A stretch of DNA of 63,514 nt, the filler included, from Stramenopiles sp. TOSAG23-2 (lineage: Eukaryota): the NCBI GenBank assembly GCA_900128395.1. It is 8 parts of 8 records of this genome, joined end to end, with 100 filler letters (N's around TTAATTAATTAA, not from the genome) between each part and the next. Parts side by side here need not be neighbours in the genome. Positions count along the whole stretch, not along the records: positions 31,898 to 39,733 come from LT650268.1; positions 39,834 to 47,665 come from LT650269.1; 6 more parts are not named here. One strand, given 5' to 3'. Positions within the stretch are counted from its first letter, which is position 1. Every line of letters begins with the position of its first letter. This document shows positions 31,900-43,700 of the stretch, one piece after another. Both the position numbers and the translations under genes were made by a program. The notes beneath the pieces are model-generated. The model searched no databases, was not told the origin of the DNA, and saw only the letters and a program-made list of their open reading frames with translations.

Positions 31900-34428
31900 C
31901 ATATTAAAACGACATTGGATGGTGGATCTTCTCTCGATTTAACACAGTTGTATACATCTTCAGGAGATATTATTACTGCGTCGCCATGGGAACCTTCCGT
32001 GACATCAATTAATTGGTCAAATCAAAGCGCAGCTACAAAAGGCGTCGGAAAAAGTGGGCGTGTAGAAGGCCAATTTGAAGTAGTGTTAGATCCACCAGAA
32101 TCGCCACGGAACCACATAAACTTCACCCCCGGTGGCATATCAAAGAACGGTATTAATTCACGTTTGGCTGCATGGCCGCATCTAAAAGGTGCAAAAGCTG
32201 GTGCGGGAATATTTCCATCATTTACAATGCCTGATGGTCAAGTTATGTACTTTTATGAAGTCGATCGTTTACAAGAAGCCCATATGCCCGCAGAAGAAAA
32301 GCCTCAGGTTCCTCAAAATGATTCACATTTTGGATCCCCAATATTCCCAATAAGCAAAATGCCATTGTGGTATTCACATGATGACCCACCAAGACTACGA
32401 AGTTTGCCCCCACCTGTTGCTCCACCATGCCCACCAACTAAACTAGATGAAATATTAGAAAAAGCTATGGCAGATATGATTTGTTTTGGATTTAAAAAAC
32501 ATACAGAAATTAAGTTGGATATGCACGACCATGCCCCAGATCCAAATGCATGGACATTGAAAAAATCAGTATTCGCTCCAAGGGAATATGATAATGACTC
32601 TGGAACATTTTGGGATGATGCCGAAACTGAACACGTTGCATTCGATTTAGATTGGCAGCGATGTTGTGATAAAGTTGGTTTTCGTCAATTTTTAGTGGAT
32701 GAACATCACGAAATTCACCCATTTTCAATTGGCGATGAAGTTCACGGGGTAGTGCATCAGGGAACAGGTATGTGGAAAATTGGAGTTGTAACCAATATTG
32801 ACCACAGTGGACATGCCACTGTGAAGTTTATTGATACGGGCGAGGTAGCACCAAGTATGTCTATGTTACATTTGCGTTTTCCAGGCGGTGAATGGGGTGG
32901 ACAAGGCGGCACAAATCCAAGAATTGGGAAACACTCGAAAATTATAGAGGTTGACCATATTTTGCCTGTAGGGATTATAAAGGATCTTCAAGGCTTGAAA
33001 AAAGCAGAATTAAGGCGACTGGAGCATTTTACGCATTGTGAATTAATATGCCCTCGTGACAAGGAATTAGAGGACTTAGATGAGGAAATGTCGAATGCAG
33101 TTATCAAGCTACGAGGATACGAAGAGCTGATTGAAGGAGGAGAAAGATATTTAGATGACTGCATTGATATTGCACGAGTTAAACAAGCCTTATTGCACCA
33201 CATTGAAGTCGCGTATAATGCATTTCATTATTTTAAAAGTATTGGAAATGGTGATTGTGCAACGATACAAGAAAACGAATTTTTAGATTTTATACATTTA
33301 TGCCGTATTAATAACGAGAGTTCTAACGTTTGTAATTTGGCACAATGTAGAAATATCTATCAAAGAGTTTTAACACCTGCAAAACATTACGATGAGAGTG
33401 GGCATATTATGGTTCATCATGTAAAGCATTATGGTAGGAAAACTAAAGCGTTGCACCGCTTTGAATGGCTAGAAGCGTTGGTAAGACTTGCTGATATAAA
33501 ATATAGAAACGAAGCCCATTCTGTTGCTGAATGCGTTGAATTTTTATTTCGTCGCCATATTGAAAAATATTTAATCTCTGAGGCATCTCGGAGTAGTAAT
33601 TATTTCCGTGATGAAAGATTATATTTTGAATCTGTTGATAAGATATTTAAGAAAAATCTTCCAGATTTGGCAATAATTTTTTCTGCGTATGGTGGAACTG
33701 GCATAACCGGTAAAAATGAATTTTACATGACACCAACTGAGTATGTTGATTGCATACGGGATGCACATATGATTAACCATTTATATACAATACGACAAGC
33801 GCATTTTTGTGCATCGTGGAGTATGCAGTTGGTAATTGACGATGTAAAATTTCCAATTCGGGCAGGTGGTATGACATTTGTTGATTTCTTAGAATGTCTA
33901 TGCAGATCGTCTGAGATTTTCAACATACCTTCTCCTGCAGAGCTACAAAATAGTAAAGCTGCAGATATTGTTGAATTTTATGAACACAATTTACGGAGGG
34001 AGACGCAAAACATTCATAAGGTTAGTGCTAATCAACCAAAGTCGAAAGATAAGCACCAAGCGAGACTTGAAGCAGTGAAAAGCTTGTTAAATCATTCGGA
34101 AGACAAACATTTGGTCAATGGAGTACATATGGATGCAGAACACGGTTTAACAACAGCAGAAAAATTAGACCAATTCTTATTGTTATTTATAACAAGGACT
34201 AAAAAACATGCTGGTAAATTAAGTCGCGATGGTGTTGGATGGAAAGTAAAAAATATTCTTGGACAGCATAAATACCGTAAGTTTCCCAAAACACGCGATA
34301 GGCGTTTTAAAATAAATCGTAAACATAAACATAAAGCATTGATGTTTCATGGAAGTGGTGCTGTAACACACCCGGAGCCAATTACATTTAAAGGTAGCAA
34401 TATAATTGGTGATAAAAAGGAAGAATAA
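31900..34428 (+). CDS. Hypothetical protein with a Tudor-like segment and degenerate EF-hand-like repeats; 5'-truncated
   Basis: Frame open from the contig start. FSIGDEV...WKIGVV...TVKFIDTGE is Tudor-like; RFEWLEALVRLADIKY and MTFVDFLECLCR resemble repeats of protist flagellar-associated proteins. Confidence 0.7.
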   Translation, partial: HIKTTLDGGSSLDLTQLYTSSGDIITASPWEPSVTSINWSNQSAATKGVGKSGRVEGQFEVVLDPPESPRNHINFTPGGISKNGINSRLAAWPHLKGAKAGAGIFPSFTMPDGQVMYFYEVDRLQEAHMPAEEKPQVPQNDSHFGSPIFPISKMPLWYSHDDPPRLRSLPPPVAPPCPPTKLDEILEKAMADMICFGFKKHTEIKLDMHDHAPDPNAWTLKKSVFAPREYDNDSGTFWDDAETEHVAFDLDWQRCCDKVGFRQFLVDEHHEIHPFSIGDEVHGVVHQGTGMWKIGVVTNIDHSGHATVKFIDTGEVAPSMSMLHLRFPGGEWGGQGGTNPRIGKHSKIIEVDHILPVGIIKDLQGLKKAELRRLEHFTHCELICPRDKELEDLDEEMSNAVIKLRGYEELIEGGERYLDDCIDIARVKQALLHHIEVAYNAFHYFKSIGNGDCATIQENEFLDFIHLCRINNESSNVCNLAQCRNIYQRVLTPAKHYDESGHIMVHHVKHYGRKTKALHRFEWLEALVRLADIKYRNEAHSVAECVEFLFRRHIEKYLISEASRSSNYFRDERLYFESVDKIFKKNLPDLAIIFSAYGGTGITGKNEFYMTPTEYVDCIRDAHMINHLYTIRQAHFCASWSMQLVIDDVKFPIRAGGMTFVDFLECLCRSSEIFNIPSPAELQNSKAADIVEFYEHNLRRETQNIHKVSANQPKSKDKHQARLEAVKSLLNHSEDKHLVNGVHMDAEHGLTTAEKLDQFLLLFITRTKKHAGKLSRDGVGWKVKNILGQHKYRKFPKTRDRRFKINRKHKHKALMFHGSGAVTHPEPITFKGSNIIGDKKEE

Positions 34429-34935
34429 AAAATAATAACACACAAGTTTTCAGGAGTTAGGCTATAACTCGGTAGACTATTAAAACTGGCACAGGCACAG
34501 CATTGCAGTTTAAATTTTTAATCCACACTTTAAGATCCATTACGATAACATATGATAGGAATCGTCTCGTTATTAAACTACTAAAGTAAAAAAACACTAT
34601 TATATTATGCACCTACTACTCTCGTAGAATTTTACTCATTTTTTTTTTAGTACGATTATTATTCTACTGTAATTATACGTGGCAGGTAGCTATTATTAGA
34701 GTGCTGTGGAGTGCTGGAGTGCATCATATATAATCATATGTAATAGATACATCTGTATATAGAATATTATATGATACAGTAGTATGCTTAATTAATAAAT
34801 AATTAATAATATGAATATATGATAGATATTTTAAGATATATACATGACTAATACCATGGATTGTTATATCCTTCATACATAACTGTTTGAATACAATACG
34901 GTTCAAATAATAATAAGAAAAAGCAACTATTAAAA

Positions 34936-36345
34936 ATGATGGAAGAAGGGGATAATAACGATACCACCAACACGGAGAGTAGCACCAATGATAATAATAA
35001 TGTTGACTCATCTGTAGATGCAGAGGGAATAGCTGAGTGGGAAAATACAACAAAACTATCAACATTGACAATATTAGTCAATGATCCTATCACTGACAAA
35101 TCATTTCGTCCTGTGACAACATATGCAGTCAACTCAACTTGCCCAGGAAATGAAACTTTGAATACAACAGTGAGAAGGCGATATTCAGAGTTTGAATACT
35201 TATGTTTATTGCTAACGAAGCGTTATATTGGTGTGATATTACCTGCATTGCCAGAAAAAAAATTACTTGGTAAAGATAAACGTTTTGTAACGTTACGTAT
35301 GAATGCTTTAACTAGATGGTTTAATAGATTAATTGAAAATCCATACTTAAAAAGCGATCCTACGCTACAAGAGTTTCTATCGTGCCAAGCAGATGGGAAA
35401 GAATGGGATGGGTTGAAAAAAGCTTGGATGGAAGATGCAGAAGCTAATTATTTGGATCGTCCACATATCAGAAGATGGAGAATAAAATTGGATTCTTTGA
35501 GTTTACCAGATACATATGAAAGTGTTATAGCTAATGCATATGAGAAGTATACTGCTCAACTTGCAGCTTTGCAATCTAAATGTTTAAGTGCAGCTACTAC
35601 GGCAGAAACGCGTACAAAAGCGCAAGCTGCAGCAGTTTCGACGTTTCAGACTTCTTTATTCTCATGCGGTGATGTATGTAACGAAACAGCAAAAAAGGAA
35701 GGTGTTGCTGATGAAACAAATGCGGATGCTGTTGGTAGTATCCAAGCTGTCGCAGAATGTTGGTTGTTATTATCAAATTGCTTCGAGAGTATAGCCAATG
35801 TAACAAGTGGTGCATCCCAACGTGTTTATTCTGATATATTGCAAGTGATGATAAAAGAATTTGCGGGTGGGTATCAAAGTGCTATGAAGGTCATTGAAAA
35901 TATTAAAACTCTTCAATATACGATACAAACAACTGAATCGAATTTAAAATCTACAGAGCAAACTTTAGAAAGTTTAAGAGAAACAAAAGGGGAACAAGAT
36001 CCGAAAGTAGAAGCAACTATTTTGTTGATCAAACATGGTAAAAATGCATTAGAATCATTACGTGCTGAAATTGTTGCCTTACGCAAAGCGTTGGTTATGG
36101 AGCAATTATATATCTTTGGTGAAAACGTGGCGAAGGACTGTAATGTTTTAATGATAAAAGTATCCGCACTCCATGCGGCAGTTGCCCATGAGCGAGCACG
36201 TTCATGGAATGCATTAGCAGCAAACGTAACCCAATCTTCGAATGTTGTAGGAAAAAGACAACAGGAAAATCCAGCATTTATTAGTGCTAAGACTAGTAAA
36301 AAATCCAGGACTATTTCGATGGCATCAGGTTTACCAAATGTGTAA
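34936..36345 (+). CDS. Sorting nexin (PX + BAR-like helical domain)
   Basis: VRRRYSEFEYL, ILPALPEKK, RMNALTRWFNRL and LQEFLS, followed by a long helical region. Confidence 0.9.
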   Translation: MMEEGDNNDTTNTESSTNDNNNVDSSVDAEGIAEWENTTKLSTLTILVNDPITDKSFRPVTTYAVNSTCPGNETLNTTVRRRYSEFEYLCLLLTKRYIGVILPALPEKKLLGKDKRFVTLRMNALTRWFNRLIENPYLKSDPTLQEFLSCQADGKEWDGLKKAWMEDAEANYLDRPHIRRWRIKLDSLSLPDTYESVIANAYEKYTAQLAALQSKCLSAATTAETRTKAQAAAVSTFQTSLFSCGDVCNETAKKEGVADETNADAVGSIQAVAECWLLLSNCFESIANVTSGASQRVYSDILQVMIKEFAGGYQSAMKVIENIKTLQYTIQTTESNLKSTEQTLESLRETKGEQDPKVEATILLIKHGKNALESLRAEIVALRKALVMEQLYIFGENVAKDCNVLMIKVSALHAAVAHERARSWNALAANVTQSSNVVGKRQQENPAFISAKTSKKSRTISMASGLPNV

Positions 36346-36692
36346 AATAGAATATATATATGTACGTATATGTATTAAATGATACGAATATATATATATA
36401 TAATAGGGGTATCATATCATATGATATGCTAAATACTCTTTTTGAAATACAGTTCTGTGTGGTGTGGTGAGATACTATTTAATATTACGCCGTATGATTT
36501 ATCATATGATAATTCGTATGCATACATACGAAAAATTTACTCGTAATTTTTTAGAGAGATTTTAAAATATTTTTAAAAAATATGATATACGAAGTATGAT
36601 ATATATATATATATATATAAACTACGAGCTCGTAATTTTTTAAACTTTTATATTTTTAATAAAATTAAATAAAATAAAATAAAATTACCTCT

Positions 36693-36977
36693 TTTAGATC
36701 TTTATCCGGATTAAGTTGTTGTTCACAACAGGATCTTTTTCACTTCGACAACCTCACCGTTTTCGAATGAACCCGACGTCCAGCGCGTTCAACGAGTGCG
36801 CACGGAAGGATAGAAACCTACTCGTGCTTGTAGAGTATTAGTTTGCAGAGGTGCATTAGAGCTTTACTATTTAGTAGGATAGAATATTATTCTTGCGATT
36901 GAGTAATTGAGCATATTACTTAACACGGGAAGTGTAAAATTATTATATAACTTAAAGATTTTAACCGTGTACATCAT
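36693..36977 (-). mobile_element. Short structured interspersed element (SINE-like), copy 2, with an 11-bp target-site duplication
   Basis: Flanked by aaattacctct at 36682-36692 and 36978-36988; homologous to 28818-29092. Confidence 0.82.
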
Positions 36978-37149
36978 AAATTACCTCTCTTTTCGTACCA
37001 GTATACGCTCTCACAACCTAACACAATTATGGGGGTGTATGCATATTATTTTTTTTTTATAATTATTAAAATATATATGAAATATAAAATATACGAGTCC
37101 GTATAATATATTATACTTCGTACGAGCTCGTACTATATTACGAGTACTT

Positions 37150-38071
37150 TTATATATTTTTAAATCCTTTTGAGGATATGTTAAACACCAATAAAATTAT
37201 TAACAAAAATATACAAACATATAAACCACAATTGCCTTGAACTTGCTTTTGCAATACTTTCGCTTTTTGCGTCCGTTTTTGCAAGGATCCATCAGTTTTA
37301 TCAACTCCTTTACCTATATCATCAAGTAATGCAGATGTTAAACTGACACCTTCACCAATTGCTACTCCAATGTTTTTCAAATCACCAATTCCACGAGACA
37401 ACTCACTTAAATCTTGATCTTGTTTTGCCATCATTTGCTCTTGTTGTCGTAAAAGTGATCTAGTATCTTTTTCACGCGTATTTGGGTCCTCGTATTGATT
37501 CGGTGTCCATGAATTCCTATTTTTACTATTATTATTACCACTACCTGTTCCAGAATATAATTGATCTCTATTTATACTTCCGTATGTATCTTTACCACTC
37601 GCCATGCGTGAAAGGCTATTTTTAGATCTTCTCAAATCAGCAATACATCCTCGACGACGGTCAACTTCACTTGGGGTGCTGTTTATCAGGCAACAACAAA
37701 AATATCGATATATAAAGTGAAGTATATATATATATAATATTGTTAGTATTTTATTATGTAGGTTATGTATGTCAAAATATATATATCGCTCCATATGTTA
37801 AGGAAATATGCTATTATATATTTGTGTGTATATTTCTAAATAATACTTACATTCCATAATTAGATGGATTTCTTGAAAGGCGATTTAAATCATTTTCCAT
37901 ACTATTTAATTGTTGATCTAAACTACTTAACTGTTGACGACTGCGCCTGGCATCAAAACCTGCCGCACTACCTCCCTCACGTCTCAATCTATCCCTTTCT
38001 GACATACTATGTTGTAAAGTTTTTATTAATGCCCTAGCAGCTTGTAGTTTCTCTTCAAAGTTATTCGACAT
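37150..38071 (-). CDS. STX8: Qc-SNARE, syntaxin-8/SYP5-like, 2 exons: 38071-37851 and 37678-37150
   Basis: A GTAAGT...CAG intron at 37850-37679 joins ...SNYGI|TPSEVDRRR in frame. SNARE motif QQEQMMAKQDQDLSELSRGI...LLDDI and a C-terminal TM helix; 249 aa. Confidence 0.88.
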
Positions 38072-38278
38072 TATGATTTTTGGTTTGTATTTTATATTTA
38101 TATACGTATATTATGATCAAAAATAGCTAAATTTATTATATATATATATTGATATGATATATAAGTGACAACTATCTTCTTCAATATATATATATTGTAT
38201 ATTATATATTCGAGTGATTAATTAATTATAATACATTAATCTAATTAAGCACTTAACATATAATAATAATAGAAATAA

Positions 38279-38388
38279 TAGAGTTATCTACATTAAAGAT
38301 GGCGAAAAAATTTTTTTTTTTTTTTTTTTTTCAACTTTTTTTTAAAAAAAAAAAAAATTTTTCGCCATCTTTAATGTAGATAACTCTA
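38279..38388. mobile_element. MITE-like foldback with ~29-bp TIRs, TA-flanked
   Basis: TA-gagttatctacattaaagatggcgaaaaa...poly-T/poly-A...tttttcgccatctttaatgtagataactc-TA. Confidence 0.65.
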
Positions 38389-38684
38389 ATAATAATTTTT
38401 TTTTTTTTTGGTTTTGATGTTTTGTAATATTGAGGTGTTGTTTGATAGGCTTATACATTTAGTTTGTACTTATTGGTATAATGAATGAATGATAAAATGT
38501 ACTTAAAAATACGTCTCGCGTACTTTCCGTATTTAAAATATATAAAATAATCAAAAGGAGAGAATATTAATATCATATACGGAGTATATAAACGTTTTTT
38601 TCAAATAAAACATTTTTAAATTAAAGCAAAAAAACAATTTCCTTTTTTTTCTCTCTCTCTCTCATTCCTTTTCTTCTCTTTTTT

Positions 38685-39731
38685 TTAGAAATTAAAATTA
38701 TCCAACAACAATTTTTTACACAACTCATACGCGGTCCAACTTACACCTAATGCAGGTGCGTGTGCCAACATACGTACACCAGAGCCACGCATCAATGCCA
38801 TTGGTCCTTCTTCTTTCGCAACCGTGACTATTGTGTCGAACAGACCATTATATCGCACTGCCCCACTAGATGATGAATACATATGTGCATGTTTTTGTTT
38901 ATTGTTATTGTTTTTAAATACAGGTTGTACAATATTACCATTACCAAAACCTTTACCAAGCGTTTTTTTCGCTGATTTACTTAAACCTCGTAAACCACCA
39001 CCACCCCCACTACTATTACCTCCAGGTGGTTTCCCACCACCACCACCATTATTATTATTATTATTATTATTCAAAGGATACATATTTTCACATGCAACTT
39101 TAATCGATTGCGTTTGCAAACGTGTTTTTGCAACATCTAATGGAGTTGTCACCAATGCCGAGATTGCACCAGCAATCCCACCACTTAACAAAAATGTATT
39201 CATATTGTATTCACCATTTGGACTAATAAATTTTCTTGCACTTTCATTGACTGCCACATTCACTGCGGAATATGGCATATTCATTAATAATGTTACAGGC
39301 AATGATCTAATAAAAGCATATGAACCTTCCTGTTTTGCTATACATCGAGCACAATCCATCACGCCATTATGACAACCTAACTGCAAACGTTGTTTTACAA
39401 CATCTAATGGTGTCATAAATAGATCATGTGCCATCGTAGCACATGCACCAGAAGCAGCAGCTGCAAAAGGGTGGTGACCTTCTAAATTTGCACCAAATTT
39501 TTCTTTTGTTATTTCATATACACTAAAAAATGCAGAGTGGGCTGGAATGACACCAGCAAACACGGCAAAAATGCCACGATACATCCTTGACAGACCTTGT
39601 GATGATATAGCATTTTTCAATGCATTCCTACCTGCTGAATTATTATTATTATTATCATATCGTATTTGTAAATATGTTTTCATCGTATCAATTGGATACA
39701 CTATACCATGTTCAGCTACACCAGCACATGA
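38685..39731 (-). CDS. Mitochondrial carrier, mitoferrin (MRS3/4, SLC25A28/37)-like; 5'-truncated
   Basis: AGVAEHGIVYPIDTMKT, PAHSAFFSVYE, AHDLFMTPLDVVKQRLQL, LLMNMPY and TTPLDVAKTRLQT. Confidence 0.92.
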   Translation of the reverse strand, partial: SCAGVAEHGIVYPIDTMKTYLQIRYDNNNNNSAGRNALKNAISSQGLSRMYRGIFAVFAGVIPAHSAFFSVYEITKEKFGANLEGHHPFAAAASGACATMAHDLFMTPLDVVKQRLQLGCHNGVMDCARCIAKQEGSYAFIRSLPVTLLMNMPYSAVNVAVNESARKFISPNGEYNMNTFLLSGGIAGAISALVTTPLDVAKTRLQTQSIKVACENMYPLNNNNNNNNGGGGGKPPGGNSSGGGGGLRGLSKSAKKTLGKGFGNGNIVQPVFKNNNNKQKHAHMYSSSSGAVRYNGLFDTIVTVAKEEGPMALMRGSGVRMLAHAPALGVSWTAYELCKKLLLDNFNF

Positions 39732-39733
39732 AC

Positions 39734-39833
39734 NNNNNNNNNNNNNNNNNNNNNNNNNNNNNNNNNNNNNNNNNNNNTTAATTAATTAANNNNNNNNNNN
39801 NNNNNNNNNNNNNNNNNNNNNNNNNNNNNNNNN
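39734..39833. other. Artificial contig spacer
   Basis: N44-TTAATTAATTAA-N44. Confidence 0.99.
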
Positions 39834-40733
39834 TATTCACAAGCAATGTGTATTATGCAATATACGAAAGGTAAAAATGTTTGTTTTTGGCATAGCGACG
39901 AAAACGACGTATAAATTTATCTTTTTATTAGTTACTTACTCAGATAGCGCAAATATTATTGGAATTATTATCGGGATAATATTCACCATTGCATTTATTG
40001 CCATTATGTAGAAGAAAGCCATATATTGTTGGAAATTGGAAAGCCTGGAAAGGTGCAACAAAAAAAAAAAGTAAATAATAATAGTGCATGCCAGGCACCA
40101 GGCATGCAATAATAATTAAAATAATAATAATAATATAATAGCACAATCCAGCAATAGACTACCAGACTAATATAAATAATAAAAAATAAATCACGTCTAA
40201 TAATTCTAATAATACAGTAGAAGAATGCTGGAATGCATCATATACCGGTATTCCTGGTATAATAGCTCTATTATATTATTTAATACAGTATATCAGAGAG
40301 GATCAGTTTTTCTTGTCAGGTTATAATACTGGATTACTGGCAAGGAAAATCTATATGGTGTCCACCAGAGTAGATCATAAATAAAAATGTGTTGCTACGA
40401 ATATCATTATCCAATATGAAGTATGCACGTATCTCAGAGAAAATATTCTCGTTTATTTTTTAATATTTTTGTTGTATATTATAGTGTAGGAGTATAAAAT
40501 TTATACTCTAAGAGTACAGCTACAGCGTGTTAAATAAATGGCTGGTCTGATCTTTTTGGCTGCCACTTATGTAACTTACATTTTAACCAGTAAGATATGC
40601 ATAATATGTACGTTATATGATACGAAAATAAAAAACTTTTTGTCAACTATTTTCCAAATATTTATAACATAATTAATATATATTTCATGTGATATGATAT
40701 CATTGGTGACACCCAACATCTCTTCTAAACGTT

Positions 40734-43700
40734 TTAACCAACCATTTCAACCAGATCTATAAGTCCTTGGACAAATGGAGCAGGTGACTTTGAATCAAGG
40801 GCCCAACGAGCAAATTGTTTCGCCGATATATAATCAGGATCGTAGTTTTTACCACTATTTTTCTTTTTACTTCGTTTCCTAGAAGCGCGCTTGAAAGCGC
40901 TTTCAACTAGGTTTGAAACACCATCACTAGATAATACTGAATTCATATATTCAATTGATGGTGCCCTAAAATGCAATTTGGATACGGAGGTTAGGCAACA
41001 CCTAATTAACATACCAACATGACGTTTAGATAGCTTGTTTGTTCCTTCGCGGTCAAAAAGTCCAAAACAAAATCTCAAGCGATCCTCCAAAGGCCCACAT
41101 GCTAACAAAGATGTTGCGACGAAACATTCAAACGCATCAATGGAGTCATAGTTTCCATTGGAAATCTTTACTTCTTCACTTTTGTCATTTTCAAAATTGT
41201 TCCCAATTTTTGCTTCCGGAGACAACAATGCGAATACCGCTTTCACTTCAACTGGAGACGCACCATATATATATGCCAGCAATGGTTTTGATATCAGAAA
41301 CCCTGATGTCGATTTTGAAAATCTTAATAAACACCTATGAATTGAAGATAACGATCGGCCGGCTAAGCATGACCAAGCATCGTGTACATATTTTTCCTTT
41401 TTCTGTCCAAATTTAGCATTATCCACCCTAGGATCGCTTTTGTTTTGTAAACGATCATCCATATTTGCGCCATGCGTACTAGCTGGGCTTTGCCGCAACA
41501 CTTTTGTTGGCATTGATGGAGATAGCATGGGTTTCGACGGTGGTGACAGCGGCGCTGGCGGTGGAATATCTTTTACCTTGGATTTTTTGGACCATGCTTG
41601 CGCTTCGCGCAAACGTTCATGCGAACGACGTGGTGTTGGAAGCTTCCCTATGGCCATAACATGATCATCATCCAACAAACCTTGTTCGTCAATGATGGTA
41701 GATGGTCGCATTGACGACCCATTTGATGTTGGGCGTCGTTTTTCCATTTCAGGTGGATTTGACGTTGGCGGCTCAACGCTTCGAGCACGTTTCAATATCT
41801 TGTCCGCATTAGCCAAAGACGCAGCAGCTCTTTTCACTACCGTGTTGCTATTGTCATTTTTATTCTGTAGCATACTAGTTTTAAGTTTATTTATTTTACT
41901 TTTATCAATATTATCTAAAGTCTTATCGATATCACTACATGGCACAGTGGATTTGTTGGTGTTATTTTGAGTCAACTGTATCTTATCTTGTTCCATTTTC
42001 AATGCCTTTTCAAGTTCAGCTAGTCTTTTTCTATTTTTTGAGTTTCGCCTGTCGTTTGAATTTTCAATAGCATTACGAGATGAGCCTTTTTCTGTCTTCG
42101 TACTTAAATCTGAAGTATCCATTTTTGCGTACGCATTACGCATTCTACGACTTTTCATTTGTAAATTACTTTTGATGGCAGTTTTACTATTGAAATTTCC
42201 TTTTTTTTTATGTTTACCATTCTTCTGATTCTTCGCATTGTTACTAGATGGAATATCCATATCGCTGCCGCTTTTTCTGCTTGCGATTTTTTTACTAGAT
42301 TTCTCCTTTTTGCTATTTATACGGCGGGTGCTTTTTTTTCTGCGCATCTCTTCTTCAACTTGTTTTAATTTTCTAGAAACTAACGATATGTCATCGCATA
42401 AATCTTGGGCTTTGTCGCCTCGAACCTGTTTTTGCGCATCGACAAGTAATGAACGTTCCTTTTCCAGCGTGTTGTATTTTCTTTGCAATTTTGCCATGTA
42501 CTCTTTTTGAAATTTAGCGCTTACTTTTGCACCATTTGAATGGAAACTAGCCTTTTGCACTGCTTGTTTCATATGGTTTGAGCAAAAGTTGGTTATCATT
42601 GTAGCTATGGCTTTATGCCCATGACGCTGCGCTATAAACAATGCCGTAGTACCATAGTTCGTAGTTTTCATAACATCATCACTAGATGATCGAGTTAACA
42701 ATATACGAACGATTTCAGTATGTCCTTGTTCTGATGCCATATATAAAGGGGTTTTATTTAATGATGTAGGAAGAGAGACGGCACAACCAGCATTGACGAG
42801 CGAATTGGCTATTGCCACATGCCCATTCTCGGCTGCAATAAACAACGGGGTTTTACCAGAATCCCCTTGGAGATCAATATCAACTGAGAACGGGAATTGT
42901 TTTTCCATATTCACTGTATTATTCTCCATTCTTTTTAAATTGTTTTTTTCAGCTTCTATCTTCTCTTCCTCATAGTTTTCATGATTTGGTGGTCTAAATT
43001 TTAAAATGGATCGTACGCATTTCAAATGCCCACCTTCTGATGCTAAAAATAATGGACTTCGCTTATCTGTACTTAATGCGTTTACATTAGCATTACATTG
43101 CAGCAATATTTCTAAGCAAGTGATACGACCATTACATGCCGCCGCACACAAAGCAGTGCCTAGTTCGGGTTTTTTCAATGTACCCATAGCTGCAGTGGAA
43201 GCTTCAATATCAATAGGCAATTTGCTTTTTTCTATGATTGTCGGAACGGCATCAAACTTAAGTCCATTCACATCGCCATTTTTGCAAATCAGCTTATCTT
43301 CTTTTTCATCCAGGTTTCCATCATCACTGTTGCCATTTATAAGACTATCATTCTTCTCTTTTTCCTCAATAGCAAGAACATCATCCCGTCTACCACCAGC
43401 ACATAACAATACCTTCACAATTTGCTCATATCCACGTCCAGAAGCTTCATATAACATTGTTCGTCCTGAACTTGAAGTGCGGTTTATATCAAAACTTATA
43501 TTTTTATCCTTTGCTACTTGTATAAGGGTAATTAATCCAATCACTGCGTTTTTAATCACGGCACCATGCCCAGCGGTCTGCCCACGTATATCAGTCGCAT
43601 TTAAGTCTGCACCACGTTCAAGTAACAGCTTGATGGTCTCAACGTGATTATTTCTACAAGCTACGTGTAATGGGGTTGTGCCGTCTGCGACATAAATTTC

